This document shows positions 18,183-26,759 of a stretch of 64,000 nucleotides of DNA, in pieces; the stretch's first letter is position 1; each line of letters begins with the position of its first letter. The notes beneath the pieces were generated by a model. The model did not search any database. It had not been told where the DNA came from and saw only the letters and a list, made by a program, of their open reading frames with translations. A program made the position numbers and the translations under genes. The stretch spans positions 78,638 to 142,637 of the forward strand of contig JAGORR010000001.1 in assembly GCA_018062765.1 (NCBI GenBank), given 5' to 3'. This DNA is from Minisyncoccota bacterium. GTDB lineage: Bacteria > Patescibacteriota > Minisyncoccia > Phycocordibacterales > Phycocordibacteraceae.

Positions 18183-19901
18183 CTATTGGCGAGATGTTCC
18201 GGTAAACCGGGTCAGCACGGCGCTGAATGCTGCCTCGTCGCGGACAATAATGAGCGTTTCTGAGTCCCGATATCCGTAGAGCATGAGTGAGCGTCCTTCG
18301 GTGTCCCGGAGGATGCGAATGTCGTAGCTCTCGACTACTTCATCGGCGAAGCTGCCACTCCGAGGAGATGATGCGGAAACTTCCGGCGTCGTGGTGCCCT
18401 CCGTAAATGCTGTAGGGTAATCCGGATATAGGAGCGCAAGGTCCTGCGCCATAGTCGCCTCCCAAGCGAGCATGCCGGCGAACGATCGTTCGTAGGACGT
18501 TGCAGCGAGAACGAAGAATGGATGAGCTTCTCCATTTGTGCCAACTGAGCCGAGCGTGCTCTCAGGTCCTAGGTTGCGTCGCAAGAGGTCAGGAGCGCGC
18601 AGGCGCATCGCACCAAGGAACGTCGTACCGTTCTGCGGAACGTCGACCAGTCCGCCGGGTGTTGAGGTTGCGATTGTGTAGTAGATGACTCGGATGCTTC
18701 CGTTTGGAAGCGGTGCCTCTGCTGCGTCGCGGAAGAGACGGAACGCATCACCCGCTTCTTTCCTAACCGCAACCTCCTCATCGGCGGCGAGCAAGGATAC
18801 GATGTCAGGACCTGCGGGCGCTACCGGCTGGCGGCTCTCGAAATAGGTATAGGCGAGGTAAAGCGAGGTAGATCCGCCGACGATAAGGATTGTCGAAAGT
18901 ACGATGTATACGAGACTGTAGTCGTTCGGGCGTCGCCGAGGAGGAGGCGCCGAGCGTCTCTGGTCTGCGTCAGCCGCGATGACTGCGAACGCACTTGCCT
19001 GTTGTGTGTCAATTCGCTTCGCGAAGTCGCTGGTGTAGGTCTGGAGCGGTTCGGGACGGATGTCCTCGAGAGGTACGCCAGGCAGGTTTGGTGGAGGCGC
19101 AGCGCGCATCGGCTCAGGTGCTTTCGTCGCCTCTGGGCGCGGTGTGGGAAACACCGGCGGCGGTGCCTCTTGGTCGCGGGAGGCGACTCGCGCACGCAGC
19201 CTTGCAAGTACCGCTTCTCGCTCATCCTCAGCAGATGTAGGCACAGGCGCGAGAGGTGCAGGTGGCGGAGGCGGTGGTATGGGAAGTGGTGCAGGCGCAG
19301 GAGGAGGTGGTGGCGGAACGGGAAGCGGCGCGGGTGGCGGTGGTGCAGGAGGAGTCGCCTCGCGCACGATGGTCGAAGTAAGTATGCGTCCTTCCTCAGG
19401 TACCTGTTTGCGGGAACCAAAAAGCGACATCAAGATTCGGATAAAGAAGCCTGGTTCCTTCGGCATACGTGCAGGCTCCATGCGATTCGGTTCGGGAGCC
19501 CAGTTAGACGGTGCCGCAAGATCTGCGTCTATTGAATGGATGGCGCGCGGACGTTCCGGTGGGGATGCAGGAATGACCGGTGCCGGAGGTGTGTATGCGC
19601 GTATAGGTTCCGGGGTCGGAAGGACGACAGGTTCTGGAGGTGGCGCAGGTGGAGGTGGTACTGGGCGAGGTGCAGGAGGAGCGGGCGGTGGCGCAGATTC
19701 CACGCGTGCGGGTTTAGGTGCTTCTACGGGCGCGGATTCTCGAGGTGTCGGCGTCGAAGTTGCTTGCGGCTGTTTTCCGGAGAGTGCTGCAAGGTCTGAT
19801 GCGTACGTGCGCATAACGCGCAGTGGAGGTGCGCCTGCCGGTTCGGCGATAAGGCCGTCAGCGCCGAGCGTCATCATCTTTGGTTTCTGGTCATCCGCCA
19901 T
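18183..19901 (-). CDS. Proline-rich membrane-anchored protein, hypothetical.
   Basis: Long PPAPP tracts, one TM segment (YIVLSTILIVGGSTSLYLAY) and a globular C-terminal domain. The plus-strand Gly-rich ORFs are its mirror image. Confidence 0.5.
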   Translation of the reverse strand: MADDQKPKMMTLGADGLIAEPAGAPPLRVMRTYASDLAALSGKQPQATSTPTPRESAPVEAPKPARVESAPPPAPPAPRPVPPPPAPPPEPVVLPTPEPIRAYTPPAPVIPASPPERPRAIHSIDADLAAPSNWAPEPNRMEPARMPKEPGFFIRILMSLFGSRKQVPEEGRILTSTIVREATPPAPPPPAPLPVPPPPPPAPAPLPIPPPPPPAPLAPVPTSAEDEREAVLARLRARVASRDQEAPPPVFPTPRPEATKAPEPMRAAPPPNLPGVPLEDIRPEPLQTYTSDFAKRIDTQQASAFAVIAADADQRRSAPPPRRRPNDYSLVYIVLSTILIVGGSTSLYLAYTYFESRQPVAPAGPDIVSLLAADEEVAVRKEAGDAFRLFRDAAEAPLPNGSIRVIYYTIATSTPGGLVDVPQNGTTFLGAMRLRAPDLLRRNLGPESTLGSVGTNGEAHPFFVLAATSYERSFAGMLAWEATMAQDLALLYPDYPTAFTEGTTTPEVSASSPRSGSFADEVVESYDIRILRDTEGRSLMLYGYRDSETLIIVRDEAAFSAVLTRFTGTSRQ

Positions 19902-19944
19902 GGTGCAAGTTCAGGATTCATTTTACCCCACTGCACGCGTATTA

Positions 19945-19987
19945 CTCATAAAAACGAACACGCCGCCTCCACGGAGGCGGCGTGTTC
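19945..19987 (-). terminator. Rho-independent terminator downstream of the NYN gene.
   Basis: 13-bp stem GAACACGCCGCCTCC/GGAGGCGGCGTGTTC followed by a U-run on the minus strand. Confidence 0.5.
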
Positions 19988-20001
19988 GACATGCGCGGCT
20001 A

Positions 20002-20511
20002 TTAGCGCGCGCCGATGAGGAAGCGCTTCGGATCCTCGCACATGTCGGTAAACGCGTGCGCGGCTTCTTTCAGTTTCCCCGACGACGACTTCCCGAACGA
20101 GATCACCTCGGTCTGTACGCCGTTCATATCAAGGAATTCGATAAGTGGTACGAAGTCACCATCGCCAGTCGCGAGGATTATCGTATCGAGCTTGTCTGAG
20201 AGTTTCACCGCGTCTATTGCGATACCCACATCCCAGTCCGCCTTCTTCGCGCCATCGGAGAAGACCTGCAGGTCCTTGACCTTGGTCTCGATGCCGATTT
20301 TGGTGAGCGCGTCGAAGAAGTTTTTCTCGTCCCCTGCCTCGGTCGAGATGACGTATGCGATAGCGCGCACCAAGGTGCGGCCTCCCACGGCCTCTTCGAG
20401 GACCTTGGCGAAGTTGACTCGCGCTTTATAAAGGTTCTTCGCGCTGTGGTACAGGTTCTGCGTATCGATGAAAACGCCGACGCGCTGAGCCGTATGTTTA
20501 ATGACTGCCAT
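20002..20511 (-). CDS. NYN-domain (LabA-like) predicted ribonuclease.
   Basis: VGVFIDTQNLY N-terminus and the TGDGDF motif. Confidence 0.7.
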   Translation of the reverse strand: MAVIKHTAQRVGVFIDTQNLYHSAKNLYKARVNFAKVLEEAVGGRTLVRAIAYVISTEAGDEKNFFDALTKIGIETKVKDLQVFSDGAKKADWDVGIAIDAVKLSDKLDTIILATGDGDFVPLIEFLDMNGVQTEVISFGKSSSGKLKEAAHAFTDMCEDPKRFLIGAR

Positions 20512-20517
20512 ATAAAT

Positions 20518-20545
20518 AGCTATTAGCTTCTAGCTTTGAGCTTCC
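20518..20545. repeat. (AGCTANN)x4 tandem heptamer array: AGCTATT AGCTTCT AGCTTTG AGCTTCC.
   Basis: Four AGCT cores exactly 7 bp apart, 7 nt upstream of the NYN start codon. Confidence 0.7.
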
Positions 20546-20652
20546 AGATATGAAAAAGGAAAACCCAAAAAGTTTGTAAATCGGGAACAGGCCGAGCGGC
20601 CTCCCTCTCCCATGCTACCACTGAAGCACAAAGCCCCGTTTGGGGCCTGTGA

Positions 20653-20919
20653 TTACTTCTTCAACCCGAGCTTTTTGACAATCGCGTTGTAGCGACGCTT
20701 GTCGTTTGCCTCAAGGTAGCGAAGATGCGAGCGACGATCAGCAACCATCTGAAGAAGTCCGCGACGCGAGTGTACGTCCTTATTGTTCTTCTTCAAGTGC
20801 TTCGTGAGGTCCTCGATACGACGCGTCAAAATAGCTACCTGTACGTCAGGTGAGCCTGTATCGCCTTCGTGCCGGGCGGCATTCTTCATGACTGCCGCCT
20901 TTTTCTTCGTAGTAAGCAT
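20653..20919 (-). CDS. rpsO: 30S ribosomal protein S15.
   Basis: GDTGSPDVQVAILTRRIEDLTKHLK...HSRRGLLQMV. Start trimmed to MLTTKKK. Confidence 0.9.
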   Translation of the reverse strand: MLTTKKKAAVMKNAARHEGDTGSPDVQVAILTRRIEDLTKHLKKNNKDVHSRRGLLQMVADRRSHLRYLEANDKRRYNAIVKKLGLKK

Positions 20920-21138
20920 GTGAACGTACCCTACCACATATTGACTATTCGCGCAAGGGTTATCTGGTGCGGAGTCGAGTCAAAACCGCGAACTGCTTTG
21001 TTGGGGAGGCCTCCCTGTTTTCTCCATCGTATGTATATACGACTACGAAAACCTCAGCTTCCCGCCGTGCATTTCATCGATGCTGAGCTCGCTCCGGTAA
21101 TTACAATATTTTCCGACGCTTGGTGGTACAATTTTTTT

Positions 21139-22035
21139 ATGGACGCACAGACGATGAAGCGGCAATTCCTCGAATATATCGAAATCGAGCGCGGCCGTTC
21201 GGTGAAGACGGTTGAGAACTACGACCGCTACCTCACTCGGTACCTGACGCAGATGAAGGTAGGCCAGGTAGGAGAGATTACGGAGGAAAGTATTCGCGAG
21301 TTCCGTATGTGGCTTAACCGCCAGCCCGGGACCGGCAAGGATTCGATGAAACGCCGCACGCAGAACTACTACCTTATTGCGCTCCGCGCCTTCCTGAAGT
21401 TCCTCCGCAAGCGCGGGGTCGAAAGCTCTTCCCCGGAACGTATCGAGCTTGCAAAGCTCCCCGAACGTCATCTGGACCTCATTACCTCAGCCGAGCTCGA
21501 TAGGCTCATGAAGGCAGCCGATGGCGACTCGGAGCGCTCGCTTCGTGATAAGGCCATCCTCGAGATGCTTTTCTCTACGGGTCTTCGCGTTTCAGAGCTG
21601 TGCGCACTCGATTCCGACCTCGACCTTACCCGGGACGAGCTCTCCGTGCGCGGCAAGGGAGACAAGGTACGCGTGGTATTCCTCTCCGAAGCTGCTAAAG
21701 ACGCCGTGAAGGCGTATCTAAAGGCTCGCAAGGACATGGGCGAGGCGCTTTTCGTGAATATCGCGAAGGGTCGTGAGCGGGGCGAGCGTCTCACTCCCCG
21801 TTCTATAGAGCGCACTATGAAAACGTATGCCGCGAAGGCGGGCATCACCAAGAAGGTCACTCCCCACGTGCTCCGACACTCGTTCGCGACCGATTTACTC
21901 TCGAATGGCGCTGATATTCGTTCTGTGCAGCAGCTTTTGGGGCATGCCTCTATCAATACGACGCAGATCTATACCCACGTCACCGACTCTCATCTGCGTG
22001 AGGTCCACAAAAAGTTCCACGGGCGTACGCGCTAG
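21139..22035 (+). CDS. xerC: Tyrosine recombinase XerC/XerD-like.
   Basis: Catalytic motifs R...HVLRHSFAT...LLGH...Y (IYTHV). The ORF-track start at 20869 is an upstream extension. Confidence 0.85.
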   Translation: MDAQTMKRQFLEYIEIERGRSVKTVENYDRYLTRYLTQMKVGQVGEITEESIREFRMWLNRQPGTGKDSMKRRTQNYYLIALRAFLKFLRKRGVESSSPERIELAKLPERHLDLITSAELDRLMKAADGDSERSLRDKAILEMLFSTGLRVSELCALDSDLDLTRDELSVRGKGDKVRVVFLSEAAKDAVKAYLKARKDMGEALFVNIAKGRERGERLTPRSIERTMKTYAAKAGITKKVTPHVLRHSFATDLLSNGADIRSVQQLLGHASINTTQIYTHVTDSHLREVHKKFHGRTR

Positions 22036-22057
22036 CGGAGTGCGCTAGAATGCGCGC

Positions 22058-22852
22058 ATGCGCATCATGAGCTGGAACGTGAACGGCATCCGTGCCGTTC
22101 ATAAGAAAGGCGTCTTCCTCCCCTTCCTTAAAAAGTACAAGCCGGACATCCTCTGTCTCCAGGAGACTAAGGCGGAACAAGAGCAGTCCCCTCTTGACCT
22201 CCCTGACTATGAGGAGTATTGGAGCTCAGCAAAGAAGAAGGGCTACAGTGGAACGGCTATTTTCACCAAGGTTACCCCGGATGACGTAGTTTTTGGCATG
22301 CCGGAGGACATTGCTAAAAAGTGGGGGCTTGCGGGCGATAGCTACGGAGACCCAAACCAGGAGGGGCGTATCGTCGCCTGCGATATGCATGATTTCTGGG
22401 TGGTATCGGTCTACACTCCGAACGCTAAGGACGATCTCTCCCGTCTTCCGCTGCGTCATAAGCACTGGGACCCTGCGTTCCTCGAATATATGAAGCGACT
22501 TGAGGAGGATAAACCCGTCATATTCTGCGGGGACTTAAACGTTGCTCACACTCCGGAAGACCTCGCCCGTCCCAAGGAGAACGACGGTAAGAAAGGATTT
22601 ACTAATGAGGAGCGCGAAGGGATTGATAACATCATCTCCGCTGGCTTCTTCGACACCTTTCGTGCCTTCAAGCAGGGCGGCGGTTTCTATACATGGTGGA
22701 CCGCATGGGGCGGGGCGCGTGAGCGCAATGTGGGATGGCGTATCGACTACATTTTTGCCTCAAGTTCTTTTAAGAAGCATGTTAAAGGCGCCGACATACA
22801 TCCTGATGTCATGGGCTCCGATCACTGCCCCGCTTCCCTTACTCTGGGATAA
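22058..22852 (+). CDS. xth: Exodeoxyribonuclease III (Xth).
   Basis: MRIMSWNVNGIR...LQETK and C-terminal DHCP motifs. Confidence 0.85.
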   Translation: MRIMSWNVNGIRAVHKKGVFLPFLKKYKPDILCLQETKAEQEQSPLDLPDYEEYWSSAKKKGYSGTAIFTKVTPDDVVFGMPEDIAKKWGLAGDSYGDPNQEGRIVACDMHDFWVVSVYTPNAKDDLSRLPLRHKHWDPAFLEYMKRLEEDKPVIFCGDLNVAHTPEDLARPKENDGKKGFTNEEREGIDNIISAGFFDTFRAFKQGGGFYTWWTAWGGARERNVGWRIDYIFASSSFKKHVKGADIHPDVMGSDHCPASLTLG

Positions 22853-22872
22853 AGGACAAATGTCCTTTATCC
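22847..22872. repeat. Perfect palindrome GGATAAAGGACA AA TGTCCTTTATCC overlapping the xth stop. Further copies are TGTCCTTTAC at 22880-22889 and GATAAAGGACAG at 22910-22921.
   Basis: Read directly. The same 12-13-mer recurs at 26553-26578 and 28497-28509. Confidence 0.7.
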
Positions 22873-23223
22873 CCACTAATGTCCTTTACACTAAGTAACT
22901 ACGCCGTAAGATAAAGGACAGAGCGAGACGGCGCACCGAGATTTGGTAGGCGCATTTGACCCGGGCTTCGAGATTTCTGTACGCCGTCTGGCACTAACCC
23001 AGATGTTCTTTACGGCTCTTTCCAAAACCTAGTGAAGCGCGAAGTTAGCGAGATCGGCTACGAACTTCGGGGCGTATCCCCGCATACTAAAGAGGCCCGT
23101 TTCCCGTGAAAAGCGCTGTAGTCGTACCTTCGAGACGAAGTCCAAAAATAAAGACCGCCACAGAGAGGCGCATCTATTGGGGTCCTATCACATGCCCCCT
23201 GCTCCTTTCCGGGACCCCGCCAA

Positions 23224-23253
23224 ACCGCCTTACCTAAGGCGGTCTTTTATTTC
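23224..23253 (+). terminator. Plus-strand rho-independent terminator (ACCGCCT tacctaa AGGCGGT followed by CTTTTATTT).
   Basis: Stem-loop plus a T-run on the plus strand, 370 nt after the xth stop with no intervening ORF. Confidence 0.45.
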
Positions 23254-23269
23254 ACGCGAAACAGCTCCC

Positions 23270-24733
23270 CTAGCAAACGTTGTGCTTCTCGAGGATGCGC
23301 CGTACTTCCAACTCCTCCTCAATCTCGCGACGTTTTTTGCCGGACTCCCCCATGTCCTTTAGCTCACTGTCCTTTAGAGCAAGTAATTCCCCTGCCCTAC
23401 TATCCATATACTCCTCCGTATTCTTCTCAGGATCGATAAGTACCTCCTCCAAGAGTGCATTTAAAGTCCACCCAATGCGCGGACCAGGTTCCACGTGAAA
23501 GCGGCTCATAAGACGTCTACCGTCAGTCTTAAGCATTGCTACGGATATCGGGTCGCGAAGCGCCTGTTCAACCATGGCCTTGTACTTACGGAAACGAAAA
23601 GGCTGCTCTTTAGGGCGGCCAGTACCTATGCGGTCACATATCCTAAGGTTCAACAGATCCCAAATATTCTCCTCCCCTACGTTCACAATCATCCGGCGGA
23701 CAGCGGACAGCGATATTTGGTCAGGGTCGGAGAAGAACATGTGCCAGCGTACTAGTTTCACAACTTTTGAGATAGTTTCCCGTGAAAACCGGAGGTCCTC
23801 TAGAGCTTTGCGTGTTACACGTGAACCAACTACCTCGTGTCCGTGGAAAGTCCAGTCCTGTTTCTCTTCGGACCAACGCCTAGTGTCTGGCTTAGCGATA
23901 TCGTGGAATAGGGCAGAAAGGCGTATATCGAAGCCCCATCCCTTGTCTGCGGCGTGCTGCATGCTTCGCATAAGATGCTCGAACACGTCGTAGCTGTGTG
24001 CCTGATTTTGCGCCACGCCGACGGACTGCGGCAAATCAGGAACTATATGTGGCAACAAACCGAGCTGCAGAGCCAAGGTGAATGCCATCATTGGCTGGTC
24101 AGACATGAGGATTCGGGTAAGTTCATCCCGAACCCTTTCACGTGAAATAGCCCCTAGATTGCTAGCTTTTTCGCTTATTGCAGCCGCAGTTTCGCCATCT
24201 AGGACAAATCCAAGCTCTGCGACGAGGCGTATAGCCCGCATAAGGCGCAGTCCGTCTTCCTCAAATCGGATGCTAGGTACTCCTACGGCCCGGAGAACCT
24301 TGGCTTTCAGGTCTACTTGTCCTTTATAGGGGTCTACGATGTGTCCTTTAGAGTCGTCCAGGGCTATGGCGTTCACGGTGAAGTCCCGGCGAGCGAGGTC
24401 ATCCTCGAGGCTCTCGCCGAATATGACTTCGTCCGGCCGGCGCTTATCGGAGTACCCGGTCTCGGTTCGATATGGGGTCACCTCGACAACTGCCGTTGTC
24501 TCGTCCTCAGACCCGGTCTTTACCCCGACTGTCCCGAACTCGTTTTCGTAAAAGGAGTCGGGGAAGACTCTTTGGATGTCTCCTGGCTTTGCGTTGGTGG
24601 TGACATCCCAATCCTTGGGCTTTCGATTGAGCAATAGATCACGTACACAGCCGCCCACCAGGTAGGCCTCGAAGCCTGCATTGCGCAAGTCCCCGGCGAC
24701 CTTCTCTACTACGTTTGGAATAGGGAAGTGCAT
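23270..24733 (-). CDS. cca: CCA-adding enzyme / poly(A) polymerase-family nucleotidyltransferase with an HD domain.
   Basis: GGCVRDLLLNRKPKDWDVTT nucleotidyltransferase motif, plus HD-domain residues downstream. Confidence 0.8.
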   Translation of the reverse strand: MHFPIPNVVEKVAGDLRNAGFEAYLVGGCVRDLLLNRKPKDWDVTTNAKPGDIQRVFPDSFYENEFGTVGVKTGSEDETTAVVEVTPYRTETGYSDKRRPDEVIFGESLEDDLARRDFTVNAIALDDSKGHIVDPYKGQVDLKAKVLRAVGVPSIRFEEDGLRLMRAIRLVAELGFVLDGETAAAISEKASNLGAISRERVRDELTRILMSDQPMMAFTLALQLGLLPHIVPDLPQSVGVAQNQAHSYDVFEHLMRSMQHAADKGWGFDIRLSALFHDIAKPDTRRWSEEKQDWTFHGHEVVGSRVTRKALEDLRFSRETISKVVKLVRWHMFFSDPDQISLSAVRRMIVNVGEENIWDLLNLRICDRIGTGRPKEQPFRFRKYKAMVEQALRDPISVAMLKTDGRRLMSRFHVEPGPRIGWTLNALLEEVLIDPEKNTEEYMDSRAGELLALKDSELKDMGESGKKRREIEEELEVRRILEKHNVC

Positions 24734-25462
24734 AACAATATTCTACGGCATGACCTAGCGCGCTTCCTAAATGAATTATATGATTGTGTGTATAGAACTA
24801 TGAAAGAGAAAGTTCAGCATAAGAAATACGCGACTGATTTGCGACTAGCAGGGAGCACCTATTCGGAGATACTCGCGCAAGTCCCTGTTTCGCGTGGCAC
24901 ATTATCAGCGTGGCTTAGTGATGTTCCTCTACCGGAGAACGTGGTAAAGCACCTCTCCGCCAATCGGCGAGCGAGGGTCAGTCAGGCAAGAAGAAGGGAA
25001 GCGACGGTCCGGAAAGCGGCAGCGATAGTTCGCCGCGGATTCGCTGAAAAAGGTGCAAAAAAGGAATTCGAAAGACACTCGAAGGAACCCTTTTTCCTGG
25101 CCGGTCTCGGTCTTTATCTTGGTGGCGGGACCTTTGGGAAGGCATCCTTCTCGTACATGTCCGGGGAGGAGCGCCAGATAGCGCTAATGGTCCGCTGGGC
25201 TAAGGAATACCTTGCCCACGAGAGTCGTATAGCGCTCCGACTCTATCTGCCGCCCTCCATGGACCTCGGATCTGCCCGTGTGCACTGGTCCAAGGCCACC
25301 GGGCTCCCTGCAGCAGCCTTCAAGAAGGCGGTGATGACGAAGGAAAGGGCCAGAAAACCTAGTAATTACGCGGGTATTGCCCGATTGGAGCTTACGGGTG
25401 GCAGGGCAGCGCTTCGTGTGCGCGTGTGGCTGGATATGCTTGTTGTGCGCTATGCGGAATAA
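24728..25462 (+). CDS. Hypothetical protein with an N-terminal HTH-like motif.
   Basis: STYSEILAQVPVSRGTLSAWL resembles a sigma-70-region-4/terminase-type HTH. It ends 18 nt before tRNA-Arg. The true start may be an internal ATG. Confidence 0.4.
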   Translation: MHNNILRHDLARFLNELYDCVYRTMKEKVQHKKYATDLRLAGSTYSEILAQVPVSRGTLSAWLSDVPLPENVVKHLSANRRARVSQARRREATVRKAAAIVRRGFAEKGAKKEFERHSKEPFFLAGLGLYLGGGTFGKASFSYMSGEERQIALMVRWAKEYLAHESRIALRLYLPPSMDLGSARVHWSKATGLPAAAFKKAVMTKERARKPSNYAGIARLELTGGRAALRVRVWLDMLVVRYAE

Positions 25463-25480
25463 AGCTAGTGTTTACCTCAG

Positions 25481-25552
25481 GCTCCGATAGTGAAATGGAT
25501 ATCACATCAGTCTTCGGAACTGACGTTCCAGGTTCGAATCCTGGTCGGAGCA
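25481..25552 (+). tRNA. tRNA-Arg (anticodon TCG), no encoded CCA.
   Basis: Cloverleaf read manually: acceptor GCTCCGA/TCGGAGC, anticodon stem TCAGT/ACTGA, loop CTTCGGA, T-arm CCAGG TTCGAAT CCTGG. Confidence 0.85.
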
Positions 25553-25726
25553 CAGAAAGCAGCAAACCCGAGCTTACGCTTGGGTTTGCTGCTTTCTGGC
25601 TCAAGGCCAGGATTCGAAAGACGGAGTCGGTATACAAGCGAGCGAAGCGAGGCTTGAGACGATGAAAGCTGCCGGGGGTCGCTTTCATGGGTCGCGGAAA
25701 TCCCGCGTAGAGGGATTATCCGTGAC

Positions 25727-25746
25727 CGAATCCTGGTCGGAGCACA
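25727..25746 (+). repeat. 20-nt direct repeat of the tRNA-Arg 3' end (CGAATCCTGGTCGGAGCACA). The first copy is 25535-25554.
   Basis: Exact 20/20 match. It is preceded by GTGAC and is not part of a foldable tRNA. Confidence 0.75.
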
Positions 25747-25792
25747 CTAAGAATTGAAGAAAAGGCATAGCTATGGGAATATAGAGCCCGTA

Positions 25793-25863
25793 GCGGCTAT
25801 GGTTTAGTGGTAGAACGCGTCCTTGCCAAGGACGAGTCGGGAGTTCGATTCTCCCTAGCCGCA
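25793..25863 (+). tRNA. tRNA-Gly (anticodon GCC), no encoded CCA.
   Basis: Acceptor GCGGCTA/TAGCCGC, anticodon stem CGTCC/GGACG, loop TTGCCAA, T-arm GGGAG TTCGATT CTCCC. Confidence 0.85.
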
Positions 25864-25970
25864 CTAAGAAAAGCGAAGCTTTGCGTGTACAGACGAGGGA
25901 GGATCGAAGGCCGGAGCGCGGCGGCGCGAGGCGAGGTCGCGGCCATTTTCAGAAGAAAATGAGCTGTGAC

Positions 25971-25989
25971 CGATTCTCCCTAGCCGCAC
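25971..25989 (+). repeat. 19-nt direct repeat of the tRNA-Gly 3' end (CGATTCTCCCTAGCCGCAC). The first copy is 25846-25864.
   Basis: Exact match, again preceded by GTGAC. Confidence 0.75.
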
Positions 25990-25996
25990 CAGAGCG

Positions 25997-26025
25997 AAAA
26001 GCGCCCGGAAGGGCGCTTTTCGTTT
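25997..26025 (+). terminator. Rho-independent terminator (GCGCCC ggaa GGGCGC followed by a T-run) closing the tRNA locus.
   Basis: Hairpin plus TTTTCGTTT. Confidence 0.55.
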
Positions 26026-26085
26026 ATAGACAATAGGGGATAACTACCTACCTCTCCCTTGAACGCATAATTTCTAGGCCATTTC

Positions 26086-26114
26086 TTGGTGTTGACTTCA
26101 TGAAATGGTATAAT
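26086..26114 (+). promoter_or_regulatory. Sigma-70-like promoter with an extended -10 (TTGGTG-17-TGgTATAAT). An alternative -35 TTGACT sits 11 nt upstream.
   Basis: TGGTATAAT at 26106-26114. There is no ORF with a plausible start downstream for about 600 nt. Confidence 0.45.
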
Positions 26115-26552
26115 CCTAGAGCCTCGCAAGGGGTGGCAGGTATGGTCAGGTATCGGGACGAAAGTCGTTGCGTAAGCACAGCTCTAGTGGTCGGTACTTG
26201 TAAGGTCGAAAGACCTCGAGTACCTGCCAGTGGAGCTGTTTTCGTGGGCCCGCGGAACCAGTTTGAGCCCTCCACGGGTTAGCGATGAACCTGCACCTCG
26301 AATTTCGCGGTGTCGCTGGTCGACAAGATACCAGCATCGTAATCTTGGTCAAAACATGACTAAGACGATTACGAGGAGCGCGAAGACAGGTCGCTTCGTA
26401 CCGGCAAGGCAGGCGATCACTCGCCCCGCTACGACGGTACGGGAGACAATCTTCGTCCCTCGCAAAAAGAAGTAAGCCCCCTAGCTAAACGCTAGAGAGC
26501 TTGCTTCGTAAGGAAGCAAAAGCGCTCACAGCAGGTGTGGGTGCTTTTGCTT

Positions 26553-26578
26553 AAGGACATGGTACCACAGGTGTCCTT
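26553..26578. repeat. Inverted repeat AAGGACA-N12-TGTCCTT (a TAAAGGACA-family motif).
   Basis: Read directly. Same core as the 22847-22921 and 28497-28509 copies. Confidence 0.55.
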
Positions 26579-26759
26579 TAGACCACCAACCACACCGATA
26601 GGCAGGGGATAATCATGTAATTTATCCCTAGAAAGCATAATCGATTGAATAAAATCAAAGGATCTCAGGAATATTATCGGCTTATGCAAGGCACATTTTA
26701 TCGCTGTCCACACCTGCATTGTACGTTCACGGAATAAGGTGTAGCGTTGAAGTAAAGAT

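Noticed and set aside
19060-20199. 379-aa Gly-rich plus-strand ORF, plus 19002-19535 and 19536-19799.
   Set aside because: Mirror image of the proline-rich minus-strand gene 18183-19901 (CCN codons read as NGG). No TM or domain logic of its own.
25555-25746. Possible second tRNA or tmRNA-like gene after tRNA-Arg.
   Set aside because: Only the 3' 20 nt match. There is no 5' T-stem, D-arm or anticodon arm, and no tmRNA tag reading frame or GGGG 5' end.
26356-26475. 39-aa basic peptide MTKTITRSAKTGRFVPARQAITRPATTVRETIFVPRKKK as a small ribosomal-like protein.
   Set aside because: No Shine-Dalgarno sequence, no match to L32-L36 or S21/S22 consensus, and it lies within the structured candidate ncRNA.
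26120-26480. RNase P RNA, tmRNA or SRP RNA identity for the structured region after the 26.1-kb promoter.
   Set aside because: Universal signature sequences (AGGAAAGUCCGG, the GUCAGGUCCGGAAGGAAGCAGC helix 8, tmRNA tag ORF with tRNA-like ends) are not present. Left as an unassigned ncRNA candidate.
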